Shown piece after piece: positions 8,646-12,593 of a stretch of 12,593 bases of DNA. Every line of letters starts with the position of its first letter. Positions within the stretch are counted from its first letter, which is position 1. Under the pieces are notes generated by a model. It searched no databases. It was not told the DNA's origin and was given only the letters and a program-made list of their open reading frames with translations. A program made the position numbers and the translations under genes. Source of the stretch: an uncultured cyanobacterium (lineage in GTDB: Bacteria > Cyanobacteriota > Cyanobacteriia > Cyanobacteriales > Cyanobacteriaceae); assembly GCA_963749915.1 (NCBI GenBank), contig CAVVOP010000006.1, positions 1 to 12,593 of the forward strand, in the 5' to 3' direction.

Positions 8646-9350
8646 ATGCGAGTTTTACTGGTGGAAGACGAAGAAGATTTAGGATTAGCTATTAAGCAAG
8701 TTTTAGTGAGTGAAAAATATGTAGTCGATTGGGCAATTAATGGTAATCAAGCATGGAGTTATTTGCAACATGGATGGGCTGATTATACTGTTGCTATATT
8801 TGATTGGCTAGTGCCTCATTTATCAGGTTTAGAGTTATGTCAAAGACTCAGACAACAAAAAAATCCTTTGCCTGTACTCATGTTAACTGCTTTGGGTGAT
8901 GCTCAATCCCGTGTTACTGGTTTAGATGCTGGGGCTGATGACTATTTGGTTAAACCTTTTGTGATGGAAGAATTATTAGCAAGATTAAGAGCTTTACAGA
9001 GAAGATCTCCTCAATTTCAACCTCAAACTTTAAGTAAAGGGGGATTTACTCTTGATTATGCGAATAATACTGTAATTTGTGAGTTAAGTACCCCTTCACA
9101 AACTATCCCTTTAACCGTGAAAGAATTTCAAATCTTTGCTTATTTAATGCAAAATTCAGATCGCATCATTTCAGGAAGTAAAATTAGAGATCAGTTATGG
9201 GATTTTGATACCGAGGCAGTAAGTAATGTGGTAGCGGCACAAATGCGTTTATTACGCCGTAAATTAGCAACTTATGGTTGTGACTGTCCGATCGAAACTA
9301 TTAAAGGACAAGGTTATCGTTTTAATAGTAATCTTTCAGGAGTAAAATAA
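8646..9350 (+). CDS. nrsR: OmpR-family response regulator NrsR/RppA
   Basis: Receiver domain (LLVEDE, FDWLVP, MLTA, GADDYLVKPF) plus winged helix (SNVVAAQMRLLRRKL, IETIKGQGYRF). Closely resembles Synechocystis NrsR/RppA as recalled. Confidence 0.92.
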   Translation: MRVLLVEDEEDLGLAIKQVLVSEKYVVDWAINGNQAWSYLQHGWADYTVAIFDWLVPHLSGLELCQRLRQQKNPLPVLMLTALGDAQSRVTGLDAGADDYLVKPFVMEELLARLRALQRRSPQFQPQTLSKGGFTLDYANNTVICELSTPSQTIPLTVKEFQIFAYLMQNSDRIISGSKIRDQLWDFDTEAVSNVVAAQMRLLRRKLATYGCDCPIETIKGQGYRFNSNLSGVK

Positions 9351-9370
9351 TAGTTTTGAGTTTAGTGTCG

Positions 9371-10756
9371 ATGAATACTCGTCAGCTATTTCGTTATAGT
9401 CGTCTTCGTTTAGCCTTTTGGTATGCTGGAGTGATGGCAATTATTTTAAGCTTATTAGGCTTCATCGTCTATCGATTCTTCATTCAATCTAAATGGTATG
9501 CGATGGAAAGGGAATTAGAATCAATTGCGGGAACTCTCCATGATAGCTTAGAACCAATGTTACCTAATTCAGGAGAAGCAACGGTAGTTCTACAACGTAT
9601 TTTGCCAGAATTATGTTTAGTAGAACAACCTTGTCAGGTTCAGCCCAGTTTAATTGAACGACATACTACAGGTATTAGCGATCGCAATACATACTATATT
9701 CGCCTCTATGATTATCACCAAAAATTACTTGCGTTTACCCCTAGTCAACCTTTAGGAATTTCCCCTACTCCCCAGTTACAATCATGGCATACCTTTCGTA
9801 GTGATGATGGTATTCGCTATCATCAGTTTACAATTATGTTACATGCTCAAGAAGGTAGTCATACTCATCAAGGGAATCATTCTCACCCTTCTTGGGGTTA
9901 CTTACAAATTGGACGCACTTTAGCCAGTTTTGATGCTGAGGTTAAGCGTTTGCAATGGATTTTCCTGATAGCTTTTCTTTTAGCTTTAGTTTTGGTAATC
10001 ATTTCTAGTTGGTGGCTTTCTGGTTTAGCGATGCAGCCAATTTACCAATCCTATCAGCAAAAACAACAGTTTACAGCTAATGCGGCTCATGAATTACGCT
10101 CTCCCCTTGCTAGTCTCTTAGCTACAGTAGAAGCAATGTTACGTATACCTTCAGATCAATCTCAGGATTTAGCGGTGATGTTAGAAACTGTGGAAAGACA
10201 AGGAAGGCGTTTAAGCTATTTAATTACAGATTTACTTTTTTTGAGCAATCTTGAGCAAAATTCTCGGACGATAGCCTTTCAACCTTGTTGTTTAAATGAT
10301 CTCATTAGTGATTTAACTGAAGAATTTTTAGAATTAGCGACGGCAAATGAGATTGAATTAAGTAATGACATGCCTGCTGAGGCAATTTATGTTTTCGGGA
10401 ATGAATCTCAACTTTATCGTTTAGTTTGTAATTTGATTAGTAATGCTATTCAATATACCCCTAGTGGAGGGGAAGTCAAAGTAAGTTTAACAACGAAAGA
10501 GCGTACTGCTGTTATTAAGGTTAAAGATACAGGAATTGGGATTGATCCAGCAGAACAAAACAAAATTTGGGATCGTTTTTACCGTATTGATGGCGATCGC
10601 TCTCGTCATAGTGGAGGTACAGGTTTGGGTTTAGCAATTGCCAAAGCGATCACTGTCAAACATAAAGCTCATCTTCAAGTAAAAAGTCAGTTACAACAGG
10701 GAAGTATTTTTACTTTCGAGATGGCACTCTTCAATTTTCGAGATGGATTGCTTTAA
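9371..10756 (+). CDS. nrsS: Sensor histidine kinase NrsS/RppB
   Basis: Likely start ATG 9371 (MNTRQLF; the track starts at TTG 9356). Two TM helices, H-box FTANAAHELRSPL, N-box NLISNAIQYT, G-boxes DTGIGI and GGTGLGLAI. Periplasmic ELESIAGTLHDSLEP and WGYLQIGR are typical of RppB. Confidence 0.92.
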   Translation: MNTRQLFRYSRLRLAFWYAGVMAIILSLLGFIVYRFFIQSKWYAMERELESIAGTLHDSLEPMLPNSGEATVVLQRILPELCLVEQPCQVQPSLIERHTTGISDRNTYYIRLYDYHQKLLAFTPSQPLGISPTPQLQSWHTFRSDDGIRYHQFTIMLHAQEGSHTHQGNHSHPSWGYLQIGRTLASFDAEVKRLQWIFLIAFLLALVLVIISSWWLSGLAMQPIYQSYQQKQQFTANAAHELRSPLASLLATVEAMLRIPSDQSQDLAVMLETVERQGRRLSYLITDLLFLSNLEQNSRTIAFQPCCLNDLISDLTEEFLELATANEIELSNDMPAEAIYVFGNESQLYRLVCNLISNAIQYTPSGGEVKVSLTTKERTAVIKVKDTGIGIDPAEQNKIWDRFYRIDGDRSRHSGGTGLGLAIAKAITVKHKAHLQVKSQLQQGSIFTFEMALFNFRDGLL

Positions 10757-10823
10757 TCTTATAAGGTTAGTAAAAATTTTAGGATCTCGATAAGGTTTCA
10801 TAATTTTGGCGAAGGTATTGAAG

Positions 10824-10860
10824 AGTGAGGTATCAGGTGGCTGGTATCAGGTGTCAGGTG
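10824..10860 (+). repeat. STRR-like heptamer array (NNNNAGG)
   Basis: AGTGAGG TATCAGG TGGCTGG TATCAGG TGTCAGG TG. Confidence 0.8.
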
Positions 10861-10876
10861 TGAAAATACCAAAAAT

Positions 10877-11059
10877 TTATCGTGACGAATTCTGGTTGAT
10901 TTTTTTCTTTTGACCGAGTTTTTCCATCAAGGTATATAACATTTTGCCAATTTCATCACACTTGTTTAATACTGGTTCTAATTGTTGGGGTTTCAGATAG
11001 CCTAATCGTTGAACAATAAGCAAAACTGTCAAATCCCGATAACTTTTTACTTCAATCAT
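10877..11059 (-). pseudogene. Four-helix-bundle protein (23S rRNA IVP / bAvd-like fold family), internally deleted in frame
   Basis: N-terminus VKSYRDLTV is fused directly to the C-terminal LLIVQRLGYL...LNKCDEIGKMLYTLMEKL. The family's central part (WQ...QxxRAxxSIxxNIAEG...GSxxELET) is absent. 60 aa versus the usual ~120. Confidence 0.75.
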
Positions 11060-11065
11060 GTCTGG

Positions 11066-11114
11066 AAAACCTAAAACCTAATACCTGAGACCTGAGACCT
11101 AATATCTAAAACCT
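11066..11114 (+). repeat. STRR-like heptamer array (NNNACCT x7), inverted relative to the 10824-10860 array
   Basis: AAAACCT AAAACCT AATACCT GAGACCT GAGACCT AATATCT AAAACCT. Confidence 0.85.
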
Positions 11115-11145
11115 AACACATGAGTGCGTAACCTCAGTTATTTAA

Positions 11146-11375
11146 TTAGAAAGGAGTAAATATGACGTCACTTTCATTGATGAAATGGCATAAAGCTTCA
11201 TTCATTTCCTCCCATGAATTGACTTCGATCGGCGAATGCCGGCGCTGCGCGATCGCTTTATTATTTATGGAAAAAACGGCAAAATATGCGTTTTTTTTGT
11301 CAGAACGAGGATAAAAGACAATGCGAGCTTCTGGGGTTTTGGCTCCCCATTTTATGGTGATTTTTTTGTTAACAT
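11146..11375 (-). pseudogene. Small hypothetical protein (~76 aa) with a 1-nt frameshift in an A7 run near the start
   Basis: ATG at 11375 reads MLTKKSP*. One extra A gives MLTKKITIKWGAKTPEARIVFYPRSDKKNAYFAVFSINNKAIAQRRHSPIEVNSWEEMNEALCHFINESDVIFTPF*. An upstream promoter-like sequence supports the orientation. Confidence 0.45.
11226..11256. repeat. 24-nt GC-rich micro-insertion at a HIP1-type site
   Basis: CGATCG-GCGAATGCCGGCGCTGCG-CGATCG, with CGATCG duplicated at 11226-11231 and 11250-11255. Confidence 0.65.
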
Positions 11376-11412
11376 AATATTAGCGGTTAGTTTTTTGCTA
11401 ACCACGTAAATG

Positions 11413-11459
11413 AAAAAAGAAAAGAAACCCTTGACCGCCAAAGTTTGGGGGTTTTTTCT
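11413..11459 (-). terminator. Terminator-like hairpin with TTGGCGG in the loop region, in the predicted leader of the orphan ORF
   Basis: Minus strand AGAAAAAACCCCC-AAACTTTGGCGGTC-AAGGGTTTCTTTTCTTTTTT. T-tracts occur on both strands, so it could act bidirectionally. Confidence 0.5.
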
Positions 11460-11467
11460 ATATCTAT

Positions 11468-11496
11468 ATTATAATATTTGTTATTAGAAATATCTA
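11468..11496 (-). promoter_or_regulatory. Putative sigma70-type promoter
   Basis: Minus strand TAGATA (11496-11491), 17-bp spacer, TATAAT (11473-11468). Confidence 0.5.
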
Positions 11497-11549
11497 CTAT
11501 ATTTTCTTTATTTCCTATTAATAAAAAAGGCATAGATGCTTTATTTAAC

Positions 11550-11940
11550 GAGCGATAGCCCTTGCCCAGATCTGCATTTTGTGGGCGATCGGCAAGGGCG
11601 GCAAACCTATTATGGTGAGCGAGATAAATTTGCCTCGCAGAGACAGGAATTGAAAACCTTAGCTAGAGCTTTTATTGAATGCCTCGCAGAGGCAGGGATT
11701 TTCAGGGCGGATGAGCGTGAAACCACCACGAGGGCAAAGAAAAAAGGGCACAGAGCCAAACCCTTACCCCACCCCCCTCACCACTTCAAAAAACCAATCT
11801 AAACTAGAGAGCAAACACCCAAGACAAGCATCATCACCGCATATAAACCTCTACCAGTGTGAGTAGTCTCCTCACGAACGGTGATAAAATGCGCAGTCGT
11901 GTTTGCGAACGAAATAACCGAGCGATTAGCGAGACAACTC
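11550..11940. other. GC-richer non-coding block with hairpins, a direct repeat and a pas/ssi-like motif
   Basis: Inverted repeat GCCCTTGCC/GGCAAGGGC (11558-11566/11591-11599). Repeat TGCCTCGCAGAG(A/G)CAGG at 11631 and 11680. GCAG..CGAACGA..ACCGAGCG..AGCGAG at 11893-11933. Confidence 0.5.
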
Positions 11941-12021
11941 AATAAGTGTTTAGGACAAAATTAATTTCAGATTAATAATGAACTTAAATCTCATTACTGT
12001 TACCTATTAGTTCTCTAATTT

Positions 12022-12050
12022 TAGACACGAGATAGTAACAGTTATATAAT
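12022..12050 (+). promoter_or_regulatory. Putative promoter of the toxin-antitoxin operon
   Basis: TAGACA (12022-12027), 17-bp spacer, TATAAT (12045-12050), 43 nt upstream of the ATG. Confidence 0.6.
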
Positions 12051-12093
12051 ATTAAATATGATTAAAAATCATCGCTCTAAATAGAATCAAAAA

Positions 12094-12330
12094 ATGCAAC
12101 TAACTATTAATTTACCTGACATTTTATCTCAAGAAAAAACATCGGAGTTAATTAAGGAGATCAAAAATATTTTATTATCAGAAGGCATATCATATGAGAT
12201 TCAACAAGAATTAACTAGCAAAGAAGATCCTTGGGATCATCTCAAGATTTCTGAAATTGCTGTTGATACGGGAATAGAAGATTTTGCCGAAAATCACGAT
12301 CATTATTTATATGGAATCCCGAAAAAATAA
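12094..12330 (+). CDS. Putative antitoxin (small acidic protein upstream of a PIN toxin)
   Basis: 78 aa. N-terminal MQLTINLPD resembles an RHH beta-strand. C-terminal DTGIEDFAENHDHYLYG is a motif type recalled from PIN-associated antitoxins. Ends 5 nt before the PIN gene. Confidence 0.7.
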   Translation: MQLTINLPDILSQEKTSELIKEIKNILLSEGISYEIQQELTSKEDPWDHLKISEIAVDTGIEDFAENHDHYLYGIPKK

Positions 12331-12335
12331 TTAAA

Positions 12336-12593
12336 ATGAAATCGATCTTTGTTGATACTTCGGCGTTGATTGCATTGGGAAATAAGCGAGATACTTTTCA
12401 TCTTTCTGCGGTTAAAATACGAGATGAATTAAAACAACAGCAAATTCATTTTGTCACTACAAGTGCTATTTTATTAGAGTTCGGTAATGCTTTTAGTCCT
12501 ATTTCTTTAAAATCTACAGCTATTACTATTATCGAAGCAATAAAAATCTCAAAAAAATGGACTTATATTACTATTGATGAGCTAATTTTTAAC
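12336..12593 (+). CDS. vapC: PIN-domain (VapC-like) toxin, truncated by the window end
   Basis: Not in the ORF track. ATG 12336 reads MKSIFVDTSALIALGNKRDTFH...FVTTSAILLEFGNAFS, open to the end, with PIN motifs FVDTS, D-x-x-H and TT-x-x-I-x-x-E. Confidence 0.88.
   Translation, partial: MKSIFVDTSALIALGNKRDTFHLSAVKIRDELKQQQIHFVTTSAILLEFGNAFSPISLKSTAITIIEAIKISKKWTYITIDELIFN

Noticed and set aside
10824..11114. Heptamer arrays or the 11631/11680 repeats as a CRISPR array; four-helix bundle as part of a DGR
   Set aside because: No repeat-spacer periodicity and no cas genes. No reverse transcriptase or TR/VR pair in the window.
4085..11256. HIP1 octamers at 4085, 5009, 9678, 10593 and 11249
   Set aside because: Ordinary cyanobacterial genome signature, used only as a taxonomic clue.
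11162..11314. Plus-strand 50-aa ORF (MTSLSLMKWHK...) with an upstream AAGGAG
   Set aside because: No recognisable features, and the opposite-strand frame is longer and has a promoter. Not fully excluded.
11369..11394. TTAACATAA matching a XerD arm
   Set aside because: No XerC-like arm across a 6-bp spacer, and it coincides with the orphan ORF start context.
11536..11866. ORFs 11536-11802 and 11675-11866
   Set aside because: They overlap each other and a hairpin/repeat block, have atypical GC content and show no protein motifs.

Overview
AT-rich cyanobacterial DNA (five HIP1 GCGATCGC sites), probably an accessory or plasmid-like region. 1-3716 is a three-level nested mobile element: a decayed IS1634 contains an IS5-family element, which contains a 228-bp MITE. 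3859-10756 is a Synechocystis-like nickel-resistance locus: nrsB-nrsA (RND efflux, minus strand) divergent from nrsR-nrsS (rppA-rppB), with no nrsC/nrsD in the window and a twice-deleted dmeF-like CDF transporter remnant in the intergenic region. 10781-11960 holds an internally deleted four-helix-bundle gene between inverted heptamer arrays, a frameshifted orphan ORF behind a promoter and terminator-like leader, and a GC-richer hairpin-rich block with a motif resembling the ColE1 primosome assembly site. The window ends in an antitoxin-PIN (VapC-like) toxin pair. Family assignments come from recalled motifs, not database searches.
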